A stretch of DNA of 64,000 nucleotides, from assembly GCF_006345805.1 (NCBI RefSeq), contig NW_021835480.1, forward strand, positions 37,735-101,734. Reading direction: 5' to 3'. The notes beneath the pieces are model-generated. The model saw nothing but the letters and a program-made list of their open reading frames with translations, ran no database searches and was not told where the DNA came from. The first letter of the stretch is position 1. Every line of letters begins with the position of its first letter. Positions 1-12,802 of the stretch are shown here, piece by piece. The translations under genes and the position numbers were made by a program. This DNA comes from Octopus sinensis. Lineage: Eukaryota.

Positions 1-591
1 GCGGTTCCAAATTGGATGTTGTTGAAGACTTTAAGTGCTTAGGTGTTTGGATGAGCAGTTCGGAAGCCGACATCTAGATCAGGAAAGCACAAGCATGGAC
101 AGCTGTCGCAAACTAAAGCAGGCCCGTAACTCCAAATTTCCCCGGTGGATCAGAATCAAGCTGTTCATTGCAACTGGCAAATCAGTGCTATTGTATGGCA
201 GTGAAACATGGACACAGACAAAGAAATTATCAAACAGGATCGATGGATGCTACACAAGGGTGCTTACGAATGGCTCTATATGTGAAATAGCAGCAACATA
301 TGGCAAATGGTCTTTATGGAAACCTGCCGAAAGTTAGCGAGAAGATCAGGCAAAGATGATTGCGATTCTCTGGTCATTGCTTGAGTCACCCTGAACTGGA
401 ACCATCCAAATTAGTCTTGTGGAACCCATTTCCTGTTGATGTAAGAAGAGGTAAACGTTTTCACACTTACATCGACAATTTGATTGAAGATACTGGCTTG
501 GAACGTATCCAGGACCTCGAGGCACAGATGATGGATCAAGAAGAGTGGCGGGTGGACTTCGTTCCTGAGGCCCGTGATGGAACCCGGCCAT
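1..591 (+). mobile_element. Degenerate 3' part of an RTE/RTE-X-like non-LTR retrotransposon (region C-terminal to RT)
   Basis: Broken frames contain LFIATGKSVLLYGSETWTQTKKLSNRIDGCYTRVL and RFSGHCLSHP...LVLWNP...TYIDNLIEDTGL...MMDQEEWR, typical of RTE-group ORF C-termini. It runs into a TAA/TAG microsatellite. Confidence 0.75.
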
Positions 592-599
592 AATAATAA

Positions 600-631
<32 letters not shown>

Positions 632-723
632 TAGTAGTAGTAGTAGTAGTTATATTATTATTATTATTAGTAGTAGTAGTAACAACAACAACAATAATAA
701 TGATAATGATAATAATAATAATG

Positions 724-761
<38 letters not shown>

Positions 762-831
762 TATAATAATAATAATAATATAATAATAATAATAACAATA
801 ATAAAATAATAATAATAATAACAATAATAAA

Positions 832-874
<43 letters not shown>
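590..874. repeat. (TAG)n/(TAA)n microsatellite
   Basis: Direct inspection. Confidence 0.95.
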
Positions 875-877
<3 letters not shown>

Positions 878-2830
878 GCGGTTGATAGCATCCCCCACAC
901 ATGGATCCTCGAAACACTAGCCATTAACAAAGTAGCACCAACAATTATAAAATTCATAGGGCACTCTATGAATAAATGGCAAACAGTGCTACAGCTCCAA
1001 ACAAAAGAGGGACTCATGAAAACCAAAGCCATCCCCATTAGAAGAGGAACATTCCAGGGAGACACGCTCTCTCCACTCCTTTTCTTCTTGGTACTGTCAC
1101 CTCTATCTGATATGCTAAATAGAACTGGATGCGGATATAAATGTTACGGCAAAACGATCAGCCACCTTTTATATATGGATGACCTAAAACTATACGCTGC
1201 AAATGACAAACAGCTGGAAACACTATTAAAGACAGTTCATGGATTTACCAAAGAAATAGATATGAAATTTGGATTAGAAAAATGCACCAAAGTAACCCTG
1301 AAAAGAGGAAAACTAGTTAAGAGTAGCAACATCACACTAGATAACACCAATGAAATAAAAGAATTAGACCAAAGCCAAACTTACAAATACTTAGGAATCC
1401 ATGAACTAGATAAGACACAACACACACAAATGAAAGAGAAAATAAAGAAAGAATATTATAGACGAGTTAGATCAATACTAAAAACAGAGCTCAATGCTAA
1501 AAACAAGATAATAGGTATTAACACTTTAGCTGTCCCAGTTATGAGTTACAGCTACTCTATCCTTAACTGGGCACTAAATGAACTGACCAAAATAGATAGG
1601 AAAACAAGAAAAATAATGACAGGACCTAGGATGCATCACCCAAAATCTGACATAGAAAGACTATATATACAACGTATAGAAGGTGGTAGAGGTCTTATAC
1701 AGCTGGAAAACTACTATAAAATAACCACCATAGGACTGCAAAAATATCTACTTAAGAAGGAAGGAAAACTGATACAGATAGCGGCAAAACACGAGCAAAA
1801 CAAAAAACTGTTCTCAGTATTTAAGGAAGCTGACAAATACAAACAAGAAATCATACCACCTAATAAATATGAAGAAGAAGAAGAAGAAGAAGATGAAGAA
1901 ACAAAAAAGCTATAAAACAAATGAAATCCAAACTAAAAATAGAACAGAAACGAAACATGATAAAACGATGGCAAGAAAAGCCTCTTCATGGTAAATACTG
2001 GACTAAATTAAACGCAAAAGAAATAGACAAAGAAAAATCCCAGCAATGGTTGAGAAGCTCAGGACTCAAAGCAGAGACAGAGGGATTTTTAATTGCAGCA
2101 CAAGACCAAAGCCTCCCCACTAGAAATTACCAAAAACATGTAATGAAAAGAAATATAACAAGTAACTGCAGAATATGTGGAGATGGACAAGAAACAATAA
2201 ATCATATTATCTCTGGCCGCCCAGTCCTGGCTAAGAAGGAATATATTCACAGACATGACAGAGTTGGAACCTACATACACTGGAAGCTATGCCAACATTA
2301 TGGAATAACAACAGAAAAAAGATGGTATAGGCACACACCAGAAAAGGTCACAGAAAACGAGAAAGCAACCATACTCTGGGATATGCCGATACACACAGAT
2401 AGAGAAATTAAGGCCAACAGACCAGATATAGTTGTCAGCGATCATGAAAAAAAAAATGTTTTCTAATTGACGTATCAATGCCGGCAAATGACAACGTGTC
2501 TCTAAAAGAAATGGAGAAACTTTCAAAATACAAAGACCTGGAAATAGAGGTAACCAGAATGTGGAATCTAAAAACAGAAAAAAATTCCTATCATAGTAGG
2601 TGCATTAGGCATGATAAAAGAATATTCAGACAAATACATAACAAAAACACCAGGACTTACAAACACATATAACATACAGAAAATTGCACTACTAGGCACT
2701 GCACACATCCTACGCAGAACTCTTTCCATACAATAACCATCAGAGCATCACAACAAATCACAGCACATACCCAAGGCACACAGAGCTGCGCTCGGTAGTG
2801 AAGTGAAAGCACGCTATAAAAATAAAACTA

Positions 2831-2834
<4 letters not shown>
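875..2834 (+). mobile_element. 5'-truncated R4/Dong-clade non-LTR retrotransposon (RT, CCHC knuckle, restriction-like endonuclease), frameshifted
   Basis: RT motifs AVDSIPH, RGTFQGDTLSPLLF and HLLYMDDLKLYA; HPKSDIERLY..GGRGL; knuckle CRICG..ETINHIISGRP; RHDRV; RLE motifs NRPDIVV..IDVSMP and EKLSKYKDL. Reconstructed ORF ends ..HILRRTLSIQ* at 2736, followed by a ~100-bp 3' UTR. (TAA)n on both sides. Confidence 0.92.

Positions 2835-2909
<75 letters not shown>
2835..2909. repeat. (AAT)n microsatellite, 3' flank of the Dong-like element
   Basis: Direct inspection. Confidence 0.95.
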
Positions 2910-4481
2910 GCGACCAGGTATTGACATAGCATGACTCCGCCATCCCCTTTGAAGCTGATACCGCGTATTCATGATTTCAATGCCTTGCTCGGGGATGCTG
3001 ATATATGGTTTTTGTCTCTAGATATGCGTGATTTTACTGCTAAATTTCCTATTGATGCAAACCGTTGTCGTTCTTCAGTCAAAGGTTAGACTCATGATCT
3101 TATATGTGTTAGTAAAAATATCGGAAATTAGCTGTTGCACTAACTGTAGTATTGTCTGCATACTGCAGTGTCAGTAATGGTCCAGCATAACCGCAATGGA
3201 ATGACTGAAACAAAATAAAAGTATAAAAGAATATACATCCATATACATACATATATATCATCATCATCATCATCCTCATCCTCATCATCATCATCATCAT
3301 GTATATATATATATACATACACATACATACATACGTACATACATACATACATGCATACATACATACATACATACATACATACATACATACATACATACAT
3401 ACATACATACATACATACATACATACGTACGTACGTACGTACGTAGTCTGTAAATGCGATAATGAGACTTTTTAGTAAGAATTTCTATTTATAATTAAAC
3501 TACTAATCAAATCTGTCTCCTTGAAAATATTTTCTTTGGGAAGTCACACAGCAGTGCTAGAACTCAGAAACCGGAATCGCCTTAAGCTAGTCGGTTACAG
3601 CTATTTTTACGTCTTCCAACATGCCAAAATGAAGTATTTAGAGATGAAATTTCAATCTCGAGAACAGAAAGAAGTCACCCGGACTCAGTTCAGGTGGAAA
3701 AGCATCCCTGTTGGCCCTGCGTACCTCCAAACATTAGAAGACAAGTTTGGATTTCAGGTTCATAAATCTCCAATTAAGGGCTCTGTCGGTTGAGCAGGTT
3801 CTAAGCTGAGTTTTTCCGGTAGTTAGTGAGATTCTTCTGTACTTGTTGCCATCTGATTTGTCTACCTTCTTTAAAATGGTAGTAACTGTTATTAATCTAG
3901 ACACAAGACCTGCAATTTTCGAAGGATCATATAGGTAGTCTATTAAATCAATTGTAGTACCAGACTGGTACCTTATTATATGAAACCGGAAGAATGAGAG
4001 GCAAAATTGCCTTTGGCAAAATTTGAGACTTATTTGTAGAGAGACGGAATATCGATTTTGCCAGGTGGCTATCCTTGAAGGTGATATTAATAAATGCAAT
4101 TCTAAAGTAACCCTGATATCTCTTCTCATGCGTGTATGTGTGTATATGTGTGCACACGCATGTTTTCATGCACATTTGTATGTGTACGCATATGATTTTC
4201 TTTGTTCCTTTGTGTATGTTTGTGTACATTTGGATAGAAAAATAGATCGAAAATTTAACATTTGATACATATATGCATTAATTTTCGCTTTGTATACTTT
4301 ACATTTCTTTATCTACGTTACTTGAGATGTTTTCTATATTTTTTTCATCAATAAATGATAGGGTAACAATAAATTGAATTCAATTTAATTAAGTTGAACT
4401 GAACTGGTTAAAAATCATTTTCTCTCAGTTTCACTTGGAAATAATATATGTTATAAAAATAATGTCCATGCTATGTATTAA

Positions 4482-4881
<400 letters not shown>

Positions 4882-5526
4882 TACATTAAATTTACTATTC
4901 TTACGAAAAAATATCTGCTTCATTTCCGCATGCTTTACAATTATTTTTAAAGCGAGTATCAGATGAAATACACCTTTTTTTATTGTTGATTTTAACATGG
5001 ACGTATGTTTTACCTGACATCCAGATTGATAACATCGAATAAGTGACAACGTGTCTGTTGACAGACATGGTCGTCGTGACATTGCATTGGATTCTATATT
5101 ATATACTCCAAAACTCGAATTTCATAGTATGAATTAATAACATGTAAATTGCATTAATATCATGTAAATTGATGAATAGTTATTTTTATGGTTGCAGTTG
5201 TTGTTGGGGCTAATGTTGTTGTTGTCTTTGCTGTTGTTATTGTTTGTACTTGTTTTTGTTGGGGGGTTGTTATTTTTTGTGGGTTTTCTGATCATTCTTT
5301 TTCCAGCACATTCAGGCTAAAAAAATGTATCGGATGTAACCCCCCGGTTTTTACTCCAGCACAATTCACCTACGCCGAATTAGCAAACCTGCTTTTTCTC
5401 CTAAAACTGCAATATGCGACTTGAAGTAGATTTGATTGTTATTTCTAATGTAAAACAACTAGCATAAATTATCAAATGCTAGAAGGTATTGTCAGACAAA
5501 TAGAAGATATTGTCAAACGATTACGA

Positions 5527-5755
5527 GCGGCGAGCTGGCAGAATCGTTAGCACGCCGGGTGAAATGCTTATCGGTATTTCGTCTGCCGCTACGTTCTGAG
5601 TTCAAATTCCGCCGAGGTCGACTTTGCCTTTCATCCTTTCGGGGTCGATTAAATAAGTACCAGTTACGTACTGGGGTCGATATAATCGACTTAATCTGTT
5701 TGTCTGTCATTGTTTGTCCTCTCTGTGTTTAGCCCCTTGTGGGTAGTAAAGAAAG
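5527..5755 (+). mobile_element. tRNA-derived SINE, family B
   Basis: A-box-like GAGCTGGCAGAATCGTTAG, B-box GAGTTCAAATTCC, central CCTTTCATCCTTTCGGGGTCGAT..ATAAGTACCAG, tail ..AGCCCCTTGTGGGTAGTAAAGAAA. GATTACGA direct repeat at both flanks. Confidence 0.85.
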
Positions 5756-6386
5756 AGATTACGAAGCGCTTTTGATCAACGAGAAAACATGGTCCAGCAA
5801 ATAGGAGACAGCGTCAAACAACAGAAGACTTTAGCGAACAGACGTAGGAGTGGATGTGTGGTAAGTAGGTGCAGGAGTGGCTGTGTGGTAAGTAGCTTGC
5901 TCACCAACCACATGGTTCCGGGTTCAGTCCCACTGCGTGGCACTGTGTTCAGAGTGTTCAGAAGCGATAAACTGTAAAACAAGCGTTGACTATTTCCGAT
6001 GTTAGCCTAAAACTTTGCTAATCTATTGAAAAGGAAAATCAAAGTCTTCGTTGACAAAGTAAAAATGAAAATATATACACCATTTGAGTGTATGTTGTAC
6101 ATTTGAAAGTATGCTATGCAGTATGGTATGTACGTTGATATATATATATAAATATATATATTCTCTTATTCTTTTATTTGCTTCAGTCATTTTGAGTGCG
6201 GCCATGCTGGAGGACCGCCTATAGTCGAGCAAATCGAACCCAGGACTTACTTTTTGCAAGCCTAGTACTTATTCTATCGTTCTCTTTTGCCTAACCTCTA
6301 AATTACGGGGATGTAAACACACCAACATCGGTTGCCAAGCGATGATGAGGAGACAAACACAGACACACAAACATATACACACGCAT

Positions 6387-6443
<57 letters not shown>

Positions 6444-6668
6444 ATTGGTTCATACCGAAATTAGAAGTAAATTTTAAAATACTTTAATCTCGAAACGCGT
6501 ATATAGTTAATCCTGGTCGTGCATTCATTGTTTTCTCTTTCCCTTCGTAAAAAAATGTATGTTACCGTTATGGAGATTCTTATAGGAGTAGAATGGAATT
6601 TTAACTCCTATTTATAAATTCGGTATGTGGTGAAACAATTAGCTGAACCCTTATTATAATTATGTTTA

Positions 6669-6847
6669 TAGGCGACGGAGTAGCAGTGTGGTAAGTAGCT
6701 TGCTTATCAACCACATGGTTCCGGGTTCAGTCCCACTGCGTGGAAATTTGGGCAAGTGTCTTCTACTATAGCCTCGGGCCGACCAAAGCCTTGTGAGTGA
6801 ATTTGGTAGACGGAAACTGAAAGAAGTCCGTCGTATATATGTATATA

Positions 6848-6897
<50 letters not shown>

Positions 6898-7037
6898 CGT
6901 GTGTGTGTGTGTGTGTGTTTGTGTGTCTGTAACTTATCGGTTCGGCTAAAGAATAAGTCCTGGGTCATTTTGCTCGACTAAAGGTGGTGCTCCAGCATGA
7001 CCACAGTCAAATGACTGAAACAAGTAAAAGAGTAAAA
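6669..7037 (+). mobile_element. tRNA-derived SINE, family A (internal TA/TG microsatellite)
   Basis: GTGTGGTAAGTAGC..GGTTCAGTCCC head, TTGGGCAAGTGTCTT core, internal microsatellite, ..AAATGACTGAAACAAGTAAAAGAG tail. Many homologues in the window. Confidence 0.85.
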
Positions 7038-7166
7038 CTATAAAATTTTTGTATAATTTTACCTATGAAGGTTATTTTAACGTACCGATCTACTTGGTGA
7101 AATTATTAATTAGTCGATGATTGATTAATTAATTTGATTGATAGATTTTACCCTTTTGTTATTAAT

Positions 7167-7223
<57 letters not shown>

Positions 7224-7228
7224 GTATA

Positions 7229-7268
<40 letters not shown>

Positions 7269-7303
7269 GTATATATATATTTATATATATATATATAATA
7301 TAT

Positions 7304-7347
<44 letters not shown>

Positions 7348-7510
7348 TATATTGAAACAACACCATTACAAAGCAATGGTTCTTCTTTAGATTCAAGAAC
7401 CCTTTAGTGGTTCATTTACTAATTTCGATTAATTTCGATTAACTTATTTCGATTAATGTATATGCATACATATAACCGTGAGTGTGTGCATGTATATATA
7501 TATATATATA

Positions 7511-7910
7511 CTAGCAGTATCGCCCGGCGTTGCTCGGGTTTGTAAGGGAAATAACTATATAAGCATTTTTAGAGAGTTATAGCAAAAAAATAGCAAAAAA
7601 TGCACTAAAAATGGAAAACAAATGATGGTAAATTTTTTTTTTAAATCGTTGACTCATCGTAGACATTTTTAGAGAGTTACTTCCCTTATATCATAGCGAA
7701 TAAAATGCATTAAAATGGGAAAAAAATGATGGTAATTTTTTTTTTTAATCGTAGACTCATCGTAGTCGCGCGGTAATACCCAGAAGGGCTCGATATGAAT
7801 CACGACTATAAGATACCCGGTTTTGGTTAAACTGCACCGCAAAATGTGGGAGTAGCTAGGAATCTAAATCGTAGGAGACAGGCACACAACTTCTCTTTTA
7901 TATGTAAAGA
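7511..7910 (-). mobile_element. Non-autonomous Helitron, copy 1
   Basis: On the minus strand: 5' TC.., subterminal hairpin CCCGAGCAACGCCGGG, 3' CTAG, inserted between A and T. Homologous to 14712-15225 and 61929-62323. Confidence 0.85.
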
Positions 7911-7924
7911 TATAAATATATATA

Positions 7925-8125
7925 AATTTAATCCAAACAAGAAAACAAAAAGACAACACCACGAGGATGTGGAACAAATAAAGTATTATTGGGCGCTCAG
8001 GAAAGAAGGGAAGAGTATGACGTTTCGAGCGGAGCTCTTCGTCGGAAACATAGGAGAAAGAAAGATCCCGAGGTGGGAGGACAGAGGGAAAAATATTGCA
8101 AGTGGTCTTCACGAGGTCACATACT
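7925..8125 (-). mobile_element. Dispersed repeat, probable Penelope-like pseudo-LTR with hammerhead-like core
   Basis: Homologous to 21639-21845 (opposite strand) and partly to 16215-16275. Contains CCGACGA-AGAGCTCCGCTC-GAAACGTC on the minus strand. Confidence 0.6.
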
Positions 8126-8573
8126 GAAAAGATATATATATATATACATATATGTATACATATATTATAGATGTGTGTGTCTATATAGGTGTATATATAT
8201 GTATATATAGATATATAATATATATATATTTTATATTATGCATGTATGCAAGTATGTATGTGTATATATGTATGCATGTATTTATATGTGTATGGCGACT
8301 CCCTGTGCTTCAAGACACCTAGATCACTACCTGGGAAACTGTTGCGCCTTGGCAATTCCTTTTATCTAAACATACATCCTGCATGCGTTTCCTACTTCAA
8401 TTCGCTGATGGTGGCCATGTAGAAAGTAAGATTTGTCTTGCGTTCAGTAACAAACTATGTCTGTGTGAATCCACAGCGTTAGTTTGGTGCTATATATCTC
8501 GACTTTCAAAAGGTGAATGTCAATTTGGCTTCTATGGGATGTGAACCACGAAAGCGGAACAAATACCTCAAGT

Positions 8574-8641
<68 letters not shown>

Positions 8642-8642
8642 G

Positions 8643-8691
<49 letters not shown>

Positions 8692-8717
8692 GGATAGATA
8701 GATAGATAGGGAGGGAG

Positions 8718-8806
<89 letters not shown>

Positions 8807-8923
8807 TGTTTCTTTATTAGCCACACAGGGCTGCACACAGACAGAACAAATTACAAGGTAGAGCTTTCCTTTTGAGGGTAAAAAAAAAGGGGGTTGGTTT
8901 TCGATCAAAAGGGATCGTAAAAG

Positions 8924-8925
<2 letters not shown>
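8807..8925 (-). mobile_element. Very short 5'-truncated copy of the Tx1/L1-like LINE (3' end only) inside (GATA)n
   Basis: Closely matches the 3' terminus of 35826-36888. (GATA)n on both sides. Confidence 0.85.
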
Positions 8926-8986
<61 letters not shown>

Positions 8987-9133
8987 GGATGGATAGACGG
9001 ACGGATAAACAAAAAGACAGACAGAGAGATAGATAGGGAGTGGGAGAGAAAGAGAAACATGGGGCGGCGAGAGAGTGATGGACAGACAGGCAAACAGATA
9101 GATATGTAGACAGATAGATAGGTAGATAGATAT

Positions 9134-9173
<40 letters not shown>

Positions 9174-9526
9174 AGACAGACAGAGACAGAGAGGCAGAGA
9201 GACGGAGAAAGAGATACATACATACATGCATACATACATACATACATTACAACATACATACATACATACATACATACATACATACAAGCACATCTAGAGA
9301 GAGAGGAGAGAGAGAGAGAGAGAGGGAGAGAAAGACTGAGTGAGAGAAATGATGATGGAGAAATGAAGAGACGGATGGATGAACGGATTCGTGGATGGCT
9401 CCAAAGGGTGAGGGAAACATGAAAAAAGAAGAACAAAAAAATTTTCAAACTGGAAAATGTATAAATGTTATCATGGAAGCACACTGATCAGCATTCATTG
9501 TATGGTACAAGAGGAGTGGCAGCTGC

Positions 9527-10165
9527 TTTTGGTAGTGGTAGTGGTAGTGGTGGAGAAGGAGGCGGCGGTGGCGGTGGCGGCGTCGGAGGCGGCGGAGGCG
9601 GCGGGGACCCGGGCGGGAGGCAGGCGGCGGCGGAGGCGGAGGAGGATGGCAGTGGCGGCGGAGGCGGCGGAGAGGCGGCGGGAGGCGGCGGAGGCGGCGG
9701 AGGCGGCAGTGGCGGCGGAGGCGGCAGTGGCGGCGGAGGCGGCAGTGGCGGCGGAGGCGGCGGCAGTGGCGGCGGAGGCGGCAGTGGCGGCGGAGGCGGC
9801 AGTGGCGGCGGAGGCGGCAGTGGCGTTGGTGGTGGTGGTGGTGCTGCTGCAGCCGGTGTTGTATATGCTGCTCTTGTATTGTTGCTGCTAATATTACTGT
9901 TGCCGCAGCTTAAAGATGATGATCATAATAATGATAGTGGTGGTATCGGTGGTGGTGGTGGTGGTGGTGGTGGTGGTGGTGGTGGTGGTGGGTGGTGGGT
10001 GGTGGTCGGTGGTGGTGGTGGGGTGGTGGGGTGGTGGTGGTGGTGGTGGTGTGGTGTGTTTGTGTTGGTGGTGGTGGTGGTGGTGGTGTAGTGGTGGTGG
10101 TAGTGGTGGTGGTGGTGGTGGTGGTGGTGGTGGTGGTGGTGGTATCGGTGGTGGTGGTGGTTTTC
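9527..10165. repeat. GC-rich (GGC/GGT)n repeat with ~18-bp GGCGGCGGAGGCGGCAGT units
   Basis: Direct inspection. Confidence 0.9.
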
Positions 10166-10520
10166 GGTGTGATGGTCTTGTCGGCGGTAATGATATACCT
10201 GTGGTACGTTTGTGATTTCTTTAAAACATTCCTTACTCGTGTGTGTGTATGTGTGTGTGTGTATTAAGTGTGTGCATATACATCTTTTTTAAATATGCGC
10301 ACGCATATATTTGCACACGCATTTGTTGAGTACGTGTGTGTGCATACGTGTTCATTTGTTGTAATACTACACACAAAAACACATTATATATAATATATAT
10401 ATATATACACACACACACAAAAACATACATGCATACACACATACATACATACATATAGAGGGGAGCTATGAGTGAGCTATATATCTATATACATTTATAT
10501 ATCCTTTTGTGCATATATAA

Positions 10521-10563
<43 letters not shown>

Positions 10564-10591
10564 TGCATACACATAAACATCCACACAAACG

Positions 10592-10668
<77 letters not shown>

Positions 10669-10775
10669 CATACATACATACATACATACATACATACTAC
10701 ATACATATAGAGAAGAGCTATGAGTGATATATATATACATTTATATATATTTATGTGCATATATATATAAGTGTG

Positions 10776-10838
<63 letters not shown>

Positions 10839-10858
10839 GTGCATACATACATATATAT

Positions 10859-10941
<83 letters not shown>

Positions 10942-11043
10942 CATACATACATATATATAATATACATACATATATACATATATATATACATACATATATG
11001 TATATATATATACATACATACATACAGATATACATATATATAT

Positions 11044-11091
<48 letters not shown>

Positions 11092-11785
11092 ATCTATATA
11101 TAATATATATATACATATATATTATATGTATATGTATGTATATATATATATATATATCCATTGAATCATTCTGATCAGCTTCGATTCTTTTGATACATGA
11201 ATAATTGCTGCTTATGTGTATTCTTACGTAAAGGCATTGGCTTCTTGCTTGGAACGTCATTTGGCATCTTGTCAAAAGCGGAGGTAAAGAAAGAAGCGAG
11301 ATTATACCATGATTGGTGGAGGGAAACGTAAGAGTTACCTTGACTGGCCTGTGAGATTCTGTGAGATAGAAGGATAGACATACAAATAAAGAAAGAGTGT
11401 GTGAGCGTGTATACTGAGGAGGAGGAGAGGAGACCGAACCGAAAGAGAGAGAGGGAGAGAAAAACAACAATAACGAAAGAAACTAATTGCTAACCATCCT
11501 TGTCAAACATCTGCATTTGCTTTTTATGGTTGTCTTTGCTGTTGCTGTTGTTGCTGTTGTTGTTGTTGTTGTTGTGGTTGTGCTTGTTATTGTAATTTTT
11601 TTTTTTTTTTTTTTTTTTTGCATTGAATGCAACGCCGGTTTTCGACGCAGACAAGCATAACAGCAATATTTGAACCGGCATTGACAACTGAGAAAAAGGG
11701 GATATTTTTTGTTTACTTCGTATTATTTCACATTATATATATATATATTTCTTTATGGTTTTTGTATATATACATATACACATGT

Positions 11786-11817
<32 letters not shown>

Positions 11818-11853
11818 TTGTGTGTGTGAGTGAGTGTGTGCGTATGTGTGTGA

Positions 11854-11909
<56 letters not shown>

Positions 11910-11995
11910 TTTCTTACAGCATCAAATGTAATTCCTCAGGACTTACTCTCCCCAAGCTGAATATGGAATTCAGAAATTGTATGTTGTTGTTGTTG

Positions 11996-12042
<47 letters not shown>

Positions 12043-12384
12043 GTGGTGGTGGAGGTGATGATGATGATGGTGATGATGATGATGATGATGATGATGACGA
12101 CGACGACGACGATGACGATGATAGTTTCGAGGAGGAAAACAATCCGTTGTTCTCGTTCTTGGAGTGGTTAGTTGTTGTTGTTGCTGCTATTGCTGCAGCT
12201 CTTGTTCTTCTTCACAGGTCGGAGTGACTGACGTCAAGTAGACCTATGATTGATCAAATGCAATCCAGCCATGACTGTGTATCTTATTTTTTTTTAGGCA
12301 TAATATATCAAAGACTACATTCATCAATGAGTTCCTTCATTTTATTAAGACGACTAGGGAAGTTCATGAAGGTAATTGGCTGCT

Positions 12385-12802
12385 ATTTCTTATTTCTTTA
12401 TTGCCCACAAGGAGCTAAACATACAGGGAACAAACAAGGATCGACAAAGGGATTAAGTCGATTACAGTGACCCCAGTGCGTAACTGGTACTTAATATATC
12501 GACCCCGAAAGGATGAAAAGCAAAGTCGAACTCGGCGGAATTTGAAATCAGAACGTAACGGCAGACGAAAGACCTATTTCTATTCTACCCACAAGGGGCT
12601 AAACACAGAGAGGACAAACAAGGACAGACAAACGGATTAAGTCGATTATATCGACCCCAGTGCGTAAATGGTACTTATTTAATCGACCCCGAGAGGATGA
12701 AAGGAAAGTCGACCTCGGCGGAATTTGAACTCAGAACGTCACGGCACACGAAATAAGGCTACGCATTTCGCCCGGCGTGCTAACGTTTCTGCCAGCTCGC
12801 CT
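12385..12802 (-). mobile_element. Two adjacent family B SINEs (one full, one 5'-truncated)
   Basis: Two successive copies of the B body and tail in reverse orientation. Confidence 0.85.

Noticed and set aside
3445-3720. Possible mariner remnant
   Set aside because: Too degenerate to show TIR pairs or transposase motifs.
8404-8557. CTGATGG..CCACGAAAGCG hammerhead-like ends with a long insert
   Set aside because: Core mismatch and no clear cleavage site or stem I.
9465-10091. 208-aa Gly-rich ORF with GGGGGS-like repeats and a hydrophobic stretch
   Set aside because: All frames are open only because of GGC/GGT repeats; no domain is recognisable, and similar tracts occur at 39300-39680 and 45520-45630.
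10468-11174. Many [12 protein letters not shown] and IYLS ORFs here and throughout the window
   Set aside because: They are translations of TA, TG, TATG and GATA microsatellites.
11495-11520. MFDKDG, resembling an EF-hand loop start
   Set aside because: Only six residues, preceded by a CAA repeat and followed by a stop; no EF-hand helices.
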